Shown here one piece after another: positions 18,747-27,083 of a stretch of DNA of 64,000 nt. The stretch comes from Sandaracinaceae bacterium (lineage in GTDB: Bacteria > Myxococcota_A > Polyangia > Polyangiales > Sandaracinaceae), in NCBI GenBank assembly GCA_020633195.1, contig JACKEC010000025.1, positions 1 to 64,000 on the forward strand, in the 5' to 3' direction. Both the position numbers and the translations under genes were made by a program. Positions within the stretch are counted from its first letter, which is position 1; the number at the start of each line of letters is the position of its first letter. The notes under the pieces were generated by a model. That model was not told where the DNA came from. It saw only the letters and a list, made by a program, of their open reading frames with translations, and made no database searches.

Positions 18747-19061
18747 TCAGCTCCGGACGGAGAGGTCGGCCTTCTTGTCGAAGTTGCCCCAGAAGCGGCT
18801 GTAGCTGAGCTTCGCGTGGACCTCGGGGACGTCGCGGTAGCCCCCGGTGTTGTCGAGGGGCAGCTCGATCTTCTGCTTTCGCGACAGGCCCGCGACGTCG
18901 ATCGCCGTCTCGAGCACGTGGCGTCCGGGGGGGAGCTCGACGCTCACGTCGAAGCCGGACTTGAAGCTCCCGTCGTAGATCGTCCGGTCGCCGACCCGCA
19001 CCGTCACGCGCGGATCGTTGAGGAAGAACCCGGGGGAATCGAAGTGCACGCGCAGCCGCAT
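18747..19061 (-). CDS. Small hypothetical protein (104 aa)
   Basis: Natural composition (K, F, Y, N present), 9 nt downstream of the NTase gene on the same strand. Confidence 0.5.
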   Translation of the reverse strand: MRLRVHFDSPGFFLNDPRVTVRVGDRTIYDGSFKSGFDVSVELPPGRHVLETAIDVAGLSRKQKIELPLDNTGGYRDVPEVHAKLSYSRFWGNFDKKADLSVRS

Positions 19062-19070
19062 GCGGTAAGG

Positions 19071-19979
19071 CTAACGCGCGGATTGGAAGGCTGCGATGAC
19101 GTCGCGGCAGTCCCGCTGAAAGCTCGTCCAGCCGTAGTCCTCGCGGAAGAAGAACGCGTTGACGTCCGGGAAGCCGCGGACGATCTCGAACAGGTAGCTG
19201 GCCGGGTCCACCGACTCGAGCGCCGGCATCTCCGGGTGCGCGAGCACCTGCTCACAGAAGTCGATCGTGTCGTCGGCGACCTCGGTGAACGTGTAGCGCG
19301 TCTTCTGGATCCCGTTCTCCTGCGCGAGGCACGCGGTGAGCGCGTCCTGGACCTCGGCGAGGTCGGGCTCGTGGCGGCTGAGGTTGGCGACGTCGAAGAC
19401 GTGCTTGAGCCGGTGCGCGTCCTTGCCCTTGCCGAGCGGGATGCCGACCGTCGACGGGCTGATGCAAAGCATCTTGTCGGCGAGGAGCCCGCCGATGCTC
19501 GGCAGCTCCACGTCGAGGTCGCAGGTGTAGAGGGCGCCGCTCTGCACGCGCTTGCGCACGCCGCCGTAGGGCGCCGGCTCGAGGACCGCGTCGAGGAGGA
19601 CGCAGGTGTCCTTCTCGCCGTAGATCGAGTCGAAGAAGATCTTGAAGCTGAGGATCGGCAGCCACGGCTTGGTGCGGTGCGGGCGCACCTCGCAGCGCGT
19701 GAACACGTCGTGCTCGGCGACGAGCCCCTCGACGATCGAGGTCAGCGTCTCCTTGTCGACGGTGGTCACGATGTCCACGTCGATCGAGAACCGCGCCGGG
19801 CGCTCGAGCAGGATGAGCTGCGAGTTGCCCCCCTTGAACCGGTAGCTCAGCCCCGAGCGCGACAGCATCGCGACCAGCTCGAGGCAGTGCACGACCAGCT
19901 CGCACAAGTGCGGCGGCGCGACCCCGCGGTGCGCCTCGTAGTGCGACTCCGTGAAGAGCGCCGAATCCCCCACCCTCAT
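19071..19979 (-). CDS. AbiEii/DUF1814-family nucleotidyltransferase (type IV TA toxin-like)
   Basis: RFKGGNSQLILLERPARFSIDVDIV matches the AbiEii signature (hKGGTAL...RFSEDIDh), which is the pol-beta NTase G[GS]-x13-DxD motif. 302 aa. Confidence 0.65.
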   Translation of the reverse strand: MRVGDSALFTESHYEAHRGVAPPHLCELVVHCLELVAMLSRSGLSYRFKGGNSQLILLERPARFSIDVDIVTTVDKETLTSIVEGLVAEHDVFTRCEVRPHRTKPWLPILSFKIFFDSIYGEKDTCVLLDAVLEPAPYGGVRKRVQSGALYTCDLDVELPSIGGLLADKMLCISPSTVGIPLGKGKDAHRLKHVFDVANLSRHEPDLAEVQDALTACLAQENGIQKTRYTFTEVADDTIDFCEQVLAHPEMPALESVDPASYLFEIVRGFPDVNAFFFREDYGWTSFQRDCRDVIAAFQSAR

Positions 19980-19995
19980 GAACGGACCTGCTTCC

Positions 19996-20538
19996 CTATC
20001 GAAAGATCGTCTTCTTGTAGAGCGCGAGCTCGAGGATCGACTCCTGGATGTCGGCGAGCGCGCGGTGGCCGCCGGCCTTCGTGAGCTTCTCGGCCTTCGG
20101 GTACCAGCGCTTGCCGAGCTCCTTGATCGTCGTGACGTCGATCAGCTCGCCGGTCAGGAACGCCGCGAGCTCGGGCATGTGCGCCTGGATGAAGCGCCAG
20201 TCGAGCCCGATGGAGTTGCCGCAGAGCGGCGAGACGCCCGCGCTCGTGTGCTGCCGCAGGAACTCGAGCGTCTGCGCCTCGGCCTCGCGGAGCGTCAGGC
20301 TCGACTCCCGCGACGCCTGCGTGAGCCCGCTCCCGCCGTGGTGCTCGATGCACCACGGGCTCATCGTCGCCAGCTCCGTGTCCGACAGGTGGATGACGAG
20401 ATCGGGGCCCTCCGCGATCACGTTCAGGTCCGAGTCGCTGACGATGCTCGCGATCTCCAGGATCGTGCACGTCTCGGGCTCGAGCCCCGTCATCTCGAGG
20501 TCGATCCAGACCAGGGGGCCGTTCGCGTCCGCAGCCAT
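19996..20538 (-). CDS. orn: Oligoribonuclease (DEDDh 3'-5' exoribonuclease)
   Basis: LVWIDLEMTGLEPE...HMPELAAFL...HRALADIQESILEL; start trimmed to ATG at 20538; 180 aa. Confidence 0.9.
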   Translation of the reverse strand: MAADANGPLVWIDLEMTGLEPETCTILEIASIVSDSDLNVIAEGPDLVIHLSDTELATMSPWCIEHHGGSGLTQASRESSLTLREAEAQTLEFLRQHTSAGVSPLCGNSIGLDWRFIQAHMPELAAFLTGELIDVTTIKELGKRWYPKAEKLTKAGGHRALADIQESILELALYKKTIFR

Positions 20539-20694
20539 GAGCGGGCGATGATAGCGGATCGTTCGCGGGCGGCGCGACGTCAGTCCCAGTCGCGCTCCTG
20601 AATGGAGGACCACGGCACGACGGTCACCGCGTCCGTGACTCGGCCCGGTCACCGCCATGGATCACGGTGGCCTCGACCGGGCGGGTCTCGAGGC

Positions 20695-20764
20695 CTGTCG
20701 ATCAATCGCCTCCGGCGATTTCTCTCCGGCGAGGGGCAAGCCCCTCGCGCTCCCCACTGAGATC
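20695..20764. repeat. 70-nt dispersed stem-loop repeat, copy A
   Basis: The reverse complement occurs at 35250..35319 with one mismatch. It holds two hairpins (CGAGGGGC-AA-GCCCCTCG; AATCGCC-TCC-GGCGATT). Lies in the divergent orn/lipoprotein intergenic region. Confidence 0.6.
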
Positions 20765-20824
20765 CGTCGATATTCCTCGGGTGGATGCCTAGCTCGCGCT
20801 TCCTCGGCTCGATACGCTCGATCC

Positions 20825-22084
20825 ATGCGGGCATCCTCGGGGCTCTTCGTCGCCGCGCTCCTGAGCTGCGGAGGAGATCCCGGCGTCGACGCGGGGCCTG
20901 CTCCGCGCAGTGACGCCGGGGTCGACGCGGGCTCCGACGCGGCGCTCGACGCGGGCTCGACTCCAGGGATGTGTGTGCGACCGGCCCCCGTGGGCACGAT
21001 CGGTGGGCTCTGCGGCGCTGGCGGTGCGTGTGGCGGGCCTGCGATGTGCCTCACCGGGTCCCCGCTGACGCTCGGTGATCTCGGGTACATGGTCGGCACG
21101 CCCGACCCAGCCCACCCTGGCGAGCTCCTGGCTGGCGGTCCCTCGCCGATCCCCGTGCTCGTGGCCCCCGATGGACTATGCACGACAAGTTGTCGCTCGG
21201 ATGAGGGCGACGTGGGCTGCGACCCCTGCGCGACGTGCCGCTCCGAGGTGGGCGGCTCGGAGCGGCTACAGCGGCTCGGGCTCACCGCGGGGTGGCTCGC
21301 GTCGGCGACCCCGCCGGACGCCGATGGTGTGTGTCGCGCGCGCTGTACCTTCGACGCCGACACGACGGGTGGGTGCCCCGACGGGTACACGTGCGACCGG
21401 TGGGCGAGCGCATGCGTCGAGCGCTGCGTCTCCGACGCGCAGTGCCGCGTCGAGCTCGGCGTGAGCTCGAGCGGGGGGACCGTGGCCTACGAGGTGGGCG
21501 ACGCGGTCTGCGACGCCGTCACCGGTCGCTGCCGTTGGACGCCACCGCTTGGAGCCGCCCACGGCACGGCGTGCGAACGAGATGAAGACTGCCCGCGCGA
21601 TGTCGGGACCTGCGTGGTCGGTCGCTGCGCGACGGCCTACTGCGAGCGCGACGCCTACGCGTGCCCCGCGAGCGCGCGCTGCCTCGAGCTGGAGGGCTCC
21701 CCCGGGATCTGCGCGACGACGTGCGCCACGATCGACGACTGCCCGGCGCGCCGCGTCTGCGTCGAGGTCGAGGACGGGGGCTCGAACGTGTGCTCGCCGG
21801 TCTGCGACGCCGCCCACCCATGCCGCTCGGACGAGCGCTGCTTCCCCGTGTTCGCCGACCCGAGCTTGGGCGCCTGCCTTCCGTTCTGCGACGCGAGCGG
21901 CGCGGGCACCGCGGGCGCGGTGGCCTGCGACACGGACGAGGTCTGCCGCCCCGTCGAGGGCCGGGACTTCGGTGCTTGCCAAGCCGCAGACGCGTATTGC
22001 TACGACGCGGTGGACTGTGGGCCGGGCCAGACGTGTGAGCGGCTGGTGGACACCGACGCGTATGGACGGTGCATGACGCCTTGA
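20825..22084 (+). CDS. Cys-rich secreted lipoprotein, hypothetical
   Basis: MRASSGLFVAALLSCGG lipobox; start trimmed from 20657. Confidence 0.6.
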   Translation: MRASSGLFVAALLSCGGDPGVDAGPAPRSDAGVDAGSDAALDAGSTPGMCVRPAPVGTIGGLCGAGGACGGPAMCLTGSPLTLGDLGYMVGTPDPAHPGELLAGGPSPIPVLVAPDGLCTTSCRSDEGDVGCDPCATCRSEVGGSERLQRLGLTAGWLASATPPDADGVCRARCTFDADTTGGCPDGYTCDRWASACVERCVSDAQCRVELGVSSSGGTVAYEVGDAVCDAVTGRCRWTPPLGAAHGTACERDEDCPRDVGTCVVGRCATAYCERDAYACPASARCLELEGSPGICATTCATIDDCPARRVCVEVEDGGSNVCSPVCDAAHPCRSDERCFPVFADPSLGACLPFCDASGAGTAGAVACDTDEVCRPVEGRDFGACQAADAYCYDAVDCGPGQTCERLVDTDAYGRCMTP

Positions 22085-22093
22085 CGCGCCCCC

Positions 22094-25000
22094 TCAGGTC
22101 AGCTCGTAGTCGGCCGCGGGGACGATCCTGTCGGCGGCGTCGCGGATGGCGCTCTCGATCTGATCGAGCTGCTTGCCGAGGTGCGACAGGGATCCCGTGA
22201 GGCGGACGACCGGGTCGTCGTCGCCGCCGCCCATCGACTTGAGGCGGCGGTACTCCTTCTTGATCTCGTCCCAGCGCGCGGCCTGCTCCGCAGTGAGGCG
22301 GCCGCGCATCTCGGCGAGCTTGAGGAGGTTCTGCTCGGCGCCCGTCGTCAGGGTCTGGCTCTCGCCCTGGTAGTGGTCGTCGACGAGGCGGTCGAGCTCG
22401 TCGTCGTTCATCGCGGCGACGACCTTCTCGGCGAGCTTGTTCATGTTCCTGTAGCTGCCCTGCAGCTTGAAGGGCGGCTCGGTCCGGTAGGCGTCCTCCA
22501 TCGACGCGGAGCGGATGTACTCGGCGTTGACCATCGACAAGACACGTTGCACCCGCAGGAGCTTCGTGAGGACGCTCGTGATCTCCTGCGCCTCGACCCC
22601 GGAGTAGGAGTGGTCGAGCTCCGCCGAGGGCACCTCCTCGCCCTGCGCCATGCGCAGGAAGCGGTGCACGTCGGCGAGCGAGCGCGTCGCGACGGGCGCG
22701 AGCACGGGGTTGCTGGTCAGCGCGTTCTCGATGTAGCTCAGCTCGAACTGCGAGCCCTTGCCCTCGAGGATGTCGCCGAGGTTGTAGGTGTCGGCGCGGT
22801 TCGCGAGCATGTCCGGGATCTGGAACTTCTCGCCGCTCTCCGTGTAGGGGTTGCCGGCCATCACGACGCAGAAGCGCTTGCCGCGCAGGTCGTAGGTGCG
22901 CGTCTTGCCGTTCCACACGCCCTCGATGCGGCGCTGCGCGTCGCAGAGGCTGATGAACTTCTGGAGCAGCTCCGGGCTCGTGTGCTGGATGTCGTCGAGG
23001 TAGAGCATCACGTTGTTGCCCATCTCGAGGCCGAGGTTGATCTTGTCGACCTCCTGGCGCGCGGTCGCGTTCGGCGCCTCGACCGGATCGATCGAGGTCA
23101 CCGCGTGCCCGAGGCTCGGGCCGTTGACCTTCATGAAGACGAGCCCGAGCTGGCTCGCGACGTACTCCATCAAGGTCGTCTTGCCGTAGCCGGGCGGGCT
23201 GATGAGGAGCAGCAGGCCCATCCGGTCGGTCCGCGCGTCGGCGCCGGCCGCGCCGATCTGCTTGGCGAGGTTGTCGCCGATGAGCGGCAGGTACACCTCG
23301 TCGATCAGGCGGTTGCGCACGAACGAGCTCAAGACCCGCGGGACCAGCTCGCCGATCCGCAGGCGCTCGCGCTCGGCCTCGACGCGGCGATGCCGGAGCG
23401 CGCGGTAGGCCTTGTAGCGAGGCACCCGCTCGCCCGCGAAGCGCCCGAGTCGCTCGAGGAACGTGTCGAGGCGCAGCGCGAGCTTGCCGCCCTCGACGCG
23501 CGCGTGCTGACCGATGAGGCCCGACACGGTGACGCTCGAGAGCGCCGCGCTCGTCTGCCGGTCGAGCGCTCCGTCGGTCGCGAGGAGCGTCGCCGCCTCC
23601 GGGATCGACGGCACGAGCGCCTCGCGCCGCGCCGCGTCGGGCCCGCCGAGCGAGTCGCCCCCGCGCGCGAGGAACGCCGCGAGCCACGCCTCCGCGAGCG
23701 CGACCCGATCGCGCGGCGTCGTCTCCGCGCGCAGCTCCTCCTCGAGCGCCGAGCGCGCGTTCCGCTTCTCGAGCTCGCGCAGGAGCGCGTCCTTGAGCTC
23801 GACCGCCTCGGCGCTCGTCGTGAAGCGCAGCTCGGGCTGCATGAGCTCGTCGGCGAGGTAGCGCGCCGTCAGGTCCGCGCTCGTCGGCTCGAACGGCGTG
23901 ATCGCCGCCTCGAGCTGCTTCGTGAACGCGGCGATCGCGTCGGTGCGCCCGAACGTGCGCGCGAGCCGTCCGAGGCTCGCGCCGGTGCGGCGCATGCGCT
24001 CGCGGAACGCGGGCTCGGTGCCGACCGCCCAGAACGCGCACGCGGTCGCGCGCGGGGAGGGCGGGTAGCGCAGCAGGCCGGCGGTCGCCTCCATCGCGAG
24101 GAGCTTCTCGAGGATCGCCACCGCGTCCGCGTCGTGGACGCCGCGGTCGTAGCCTTCGTCGTAGCGGCTCTGCGCCTCCTCGCGGACGACGTCGAGGAGC
24201 TTTCCGTCGCGCATCGCCGCGTGCAGGGCCTCGATCGAGCGACCTTCGCCGCGCTCGGCGCGGAAGAGCACGCACGCCGCGAGGTACTCGGCGCGGTAGA
24301 CGTCCTTCGCCTCGCTGATCAGCGGCTGATCCCAGAGGTCGCGCGTCGCGTCGAACTCGGCGTCCTCGATCGCCTGATGGAAGTCGGTCCCCGTGAGGTG
24401 GTAGGCCATCCCGTCCCCGCGCGGGACGATCGTCAGCTCGAGCGGCTGCGTGTTGACGCCGAAGCGCTGCCGGCCGAGGCGGATGATGCTCTCGCCGTCC
24501 TCGAACAGGTCGAGCTTGTCCCGCAAGAGACGTTGCGCGTCCTGGCGCGCCGTCTTGAGCTTGCCTGAGATCTCCTCGGCGTGGACGTTGTCGCCGAGCT
24601 CGGTCAGCCGCTCCACGAGGTCGCGGAGCTTGAGGACCATCGCGTCGGAGGCGAACCACGCGTTGAGCGCGTCGGCGTCGTCGAAGGTGCGGGCGCGGCG
24701 CGCGACGCCCTCGAGGATGCGCGTGGCCGCGTTGACGAGCCCGGCCGCGCGGCGCTGCCGCTCGTCGAGGAGCTGCTGCTTCTTGCCGCTGAAGGCCTCG
24801 TAGACCTCCTCGCGCTTCTCCGTGAGGTCGCCGACGAACTCGTCGAGCTCGCCGAACCGCGCCTCGAGCTCCTCGAGCTGCACCATCAGGCGCGAGAGCT
24901 GCGCGTCGCACGCCTCGGGCGTGCTCGCCTGGCCGAGCGCCGACATCACCGACTGCGAGAACAGCGCGAACTGCGCGGCGAACTCGGCGCGGCCCTCCTG

Positions 25001-27067
25001 CGTGAGGACCGCGGTGCGCTTGCTCGCGAGCGTCGCGCGCACGCGGTTGAGGCGCCCGTAGACCTCCCCGATGCGCTCGAGGATGGCGGTGCGCGCGGTC
25101 GCGTCGTCGACCGCGAGGCCGGCGACGACCTCGCTCAGCACGTCGAGCCCCTCGCCGACCGCGTCCACCTCGGCGCCGAGCGCCTTGAGCTCGGTGCCCT
25201 TGGTCGACGCCTCGATCTTGGCGTGCAGGCGCTCGAGGTCCTTGCCGAGCGGCTCGAGGGCGGCGTCGTCGAGGAGGAACTCGACGGTCGCCCGGCTGAC
25301 CCGGTCGTACTCCTTGGCCGCCTCGGCCTCGAGCGCGCCGATCGCCGTCAGATCGATGTAGCGCAGCTCGCGGAGCGTGATGAGCTGCCCGCGCAGCGTG
25401 CGCAGGCCCGTGAGCGCCGCCATGAAGCGCGCCGCCTCGCGCCACTCGTGCGGCTTGAGCGAGCGGATGAGCTCGGCCTGCTTCTTCTTCGCCTCGGCGA
25501 GCGCCTCGACCGCGCGCGCGCGGATCACGCGGACCTTCTCGAACTCGTCGATGATGAGCTCGGCCGTATCGCGGATGGACTTGAGCGGCGCGGCGAGGTC
25601 GCCCACGTCCTCGCGGCTCAGCCACAGGAATCCGTCGAGCGTCCGCGTGGCCGCCGAGATCAGGTCGTCGTAGCCGGCGCGCGACGGCGTCTTCGGCGTC
25701 GCGAGGCGCTGCACGGTGAGCGCCTCGCTGATCGCGCGGACGAGCTCCGCGTTGCCGACCTTGCCGAGGAACCCCGCGTCCTTGGGCGGCGTCGCCTGCG
25801 CGAACGCCAGCGACGTGAAGGGCGTCTGGTAGATCTGCATCTCGTGCCGCCCGACCGGCTCGTCGCCGTCGTAGCGGAAGACGACCATCTTCCCGTCGTC
25901 GAAGAGCGAGTAGCCGTGGCAGGGGATCGGCTGCGCGACCTCCTTCCGGATCAGGTTGTAGGGCAACAGCGTGTAGCGGCCGTCGACGCGGCGGTGGAAC
26001 GCGTAGAGGACGTCCTCGCCGTTCGGGGAGCGGATCGCGCGCTTGAGCTCGAGGTCGGAGTAGTCGCCTTCGAAGCGCTTGGTGTCGCCGCTCTGCAGGT
26101 AGTAGCCGCCGGGGAAGATGATCCCCTGGTCCTCGGGGAGGCGCAGGCAGGCTTGCCCGATCGCGTCGATGCGGGTCACCGCGTGCGTGCGCGTATCGAA
26201 GACGAGGTAGCGGTACGCCTCGCGGAACGGGCGGATCTTCAGGAGGTAGATCCCGCCGACCTTCGCCCAGTGGATCTCGGTGTCGTCGAGGGTCTGGTCG
26301 GCCTGCTCGACGGGCTCGCGGTAGACGCCCTCGCCCGACTCGGTGTTGTTCTCGACCTTGATCGTGAGGTCGCCGCCGGTGCACTCGACGAAGACGGCGC
26401 CGTCGACGTTCGCGTGCGGGAAGCGACCCGACACGTGATCGTCGCGGGTGATCGTCCTCCACTCGAAGTCGTGGCTCGGCGGGAAGACGTGGAAGCGCTC
26501 GCCGCGGTTGCCGAGGTAGCGGACGCCGCCGTCGGCGGCGATCTGCCAGTGGAAGACGCGGACGTCGCGGACGGTCGCGCCGATCTGGAACACCGCGAGG
26601 AGGTGGCTCGACTCGGTGATCCGGAGCTGGAGGAGCCGCGCGTCCTGGAAGTAGCGGTAGAGCTCCTCGAAGTGCGAGCGGAACTCGGGGTCGGCGAGGA
26701 GGGTCCCCTCGAGCGGCGCCGTCTCGAGCGACAGGCCGTCGCCGGTGTCCTCGAGCGCGTGTAGGCTGAACACGTCGGAGACCGTCGTGTCGCGCATGTG
26801 CACGTGGACGTTGAAGCCGAAGAGCAGCTTGCCGCCCACCTGCACGACGTCGCGGGGGACGCACAGGTTGTCGGTGCGCACCCACGCCTGGCCCGCGATC
26901 TCGAGCTCGCTGCCGCCGAACGCCTCCTGCCGGCGGACGTTGAGGCGCTCGGCGCGCTCGGACAGCTCCTTGGCCTGCGTGACCAGGCGGTCGCGCAAGA
27001 CCTCGTAGCTGCCCGTCTCGAGGGCGTCCTTCTGGGCCGCCCCGTCGGTGGGTGCGTTCTCACTCAT
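22094..27067 (-). CDS. Giant (1657 aa) AAA+ ATPase-domain protein (dynein/MoxR-like module), uncharacterised
   Basis: N-terminal beta-rich domain, about 700 aa of helical region, then an AAA+ core (Walker A LLLISPPGYGKTTL, Walker B VMLYLDDIQH, sensor VVMAGNP, RADTYNL). Starts 16 nt after the flotillin stop. Confidence 0.8.
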   Translation of the reverse strand: MSENAPTDGAAQKDALETGSYEVLRDRLVTQAKELSERAERLNVRRQEAFGGSELEIAGQAWVRTDNLCVPRDVVQVGGKLLFGFNVHVHMRDTTVSDVFSLHALEDTGDGLSLETAPLEGTLLADPEFRSHFEELYRYFQDARLLQLRITESSHLLAVFQIGATVRDVRVFHWQIAADGGVRYLGNRGERFHVFPPSHDFEWRTITRDDHVSGRFPHANVDGAVFVECTGGDLTIKVENNTESGEGVYREPVEQADQTLDDTEIHWAKVGGIYLLKIRPFREAYRYLVFDTRTHAVTRIDAIGQACLRLPEDQGIIFPGGYYLQSGDTKRFEGDYSDLELKRAIRSPNGEDVLYAFHRRVDGRYTLLPYNLIRKEVAQPIPCHGYSLFDDGKMVVFRYDGDEPVGRHEMQIYQTPFTSLAFAQATPPKDAGFLGKVGNAELVRAISEALTVQRLATPKTPSRAGYDDLISAATRTLDGFLWLSREDVGDLAAPLKSIRDTAELIIDEFEKVRVIRARAVEALAEAKKKQAELIRSLKPHEWREAARFMAALTGLRTLRGQLITLRELRYIDLTAIGALEAEAAKEYDRVSRATVEFLLDDAALEPLGKDLERLHAKIEASTKGTELKALGAEVDAVGEGLDVLSEVVAGLAVDDATARTAILERIGEVYGRLNRVRATLASKRTAVLTQEGRAEFAAQFALFSQSVMSALGQASTPEACDAQLSRLMVQLEELEARFGELDEFVGDLTEKREEVYEAFSGKKQQLLDERQRRAAGLVNAATRILEGVARRARTFDDADALNAWFASDAMVLKLRDLVERLTELGDNVHAEEISGKLKTARQDAQRLLRDKLDLFEDGESIIRLGRQRFGVNTQPLELTIVPRGDGMAYHLTGTDFHQAIEDAEFDATRDLWDQPLISEAKDVYRAEYLAACVLFRAERGEGRSIEALHAAMRDGKLLDVVREEAQSRYDEGYDRGVHDADAVAILEKLLAMEATAGLLRYPPSPRATACAFWAVGTEPAFRERMRRTGASLGRLARTFGRTDAIAAFTKQLEAAITPFEPTSADLTARYLADELMQPELRFTTSAEAVELKDALLRELEKRNARSALEEELRAETTPRDRVALAEAWLAAFLARGGDSLGGPDAARREALVPSIPEAATLLATDGALDRQTSAALSSVTVSGLIGQHARVEGGKLALRLDTFLERLGRFAGERVPRYKAYRALRHRRVEAERERLRIGELVPRVLSSFVRNRLIDEVYLPLIGDNLAKQIGAAGADARTDRMGLLLLISPPGYGKTTLMEYVASQLGLVFMKVNGPSLGHAVTSIDPVEAPNATARQEVDKINLGLEMGNNVMLYLDDIQHTSPELLQKFISLCDAQRRIEGVWNGKTRTYDLRGKRFCVVMAGNPYTESGEKFQIPDMLANRADTYNLGDILEGKGSQFELSYIENALTSNPVLAPVATRSLADVHRFLRMAQGEEVPSAELDHSYSGVEAQEITSVLTKLLRVQRVLSMVNAEYIRSASMEDAYRTEPPFKLQGSYRNMNKLAEKVVAAMNDDELDRLVDDHYQGESQTLTTGAEQNLLKLAEMRGRLTAEQAARWDEIKKEYRRLKSMGGGDDDPVVRLTGSLSHLGKQLDQIESAIRDAADRIVPAADYELT

Positions 27068-27083
27068 CGGATGAGCTTCCCGA

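Noticed and set aside
21519-26885. 1788-aa minus-strand ORF and 22181..24568 plus-strand ORF
   Set aside because: Extreme Arg/Pro/Gly composition; they overlap the well-supported giant AAA+ gene (22094..27067) in other frames.
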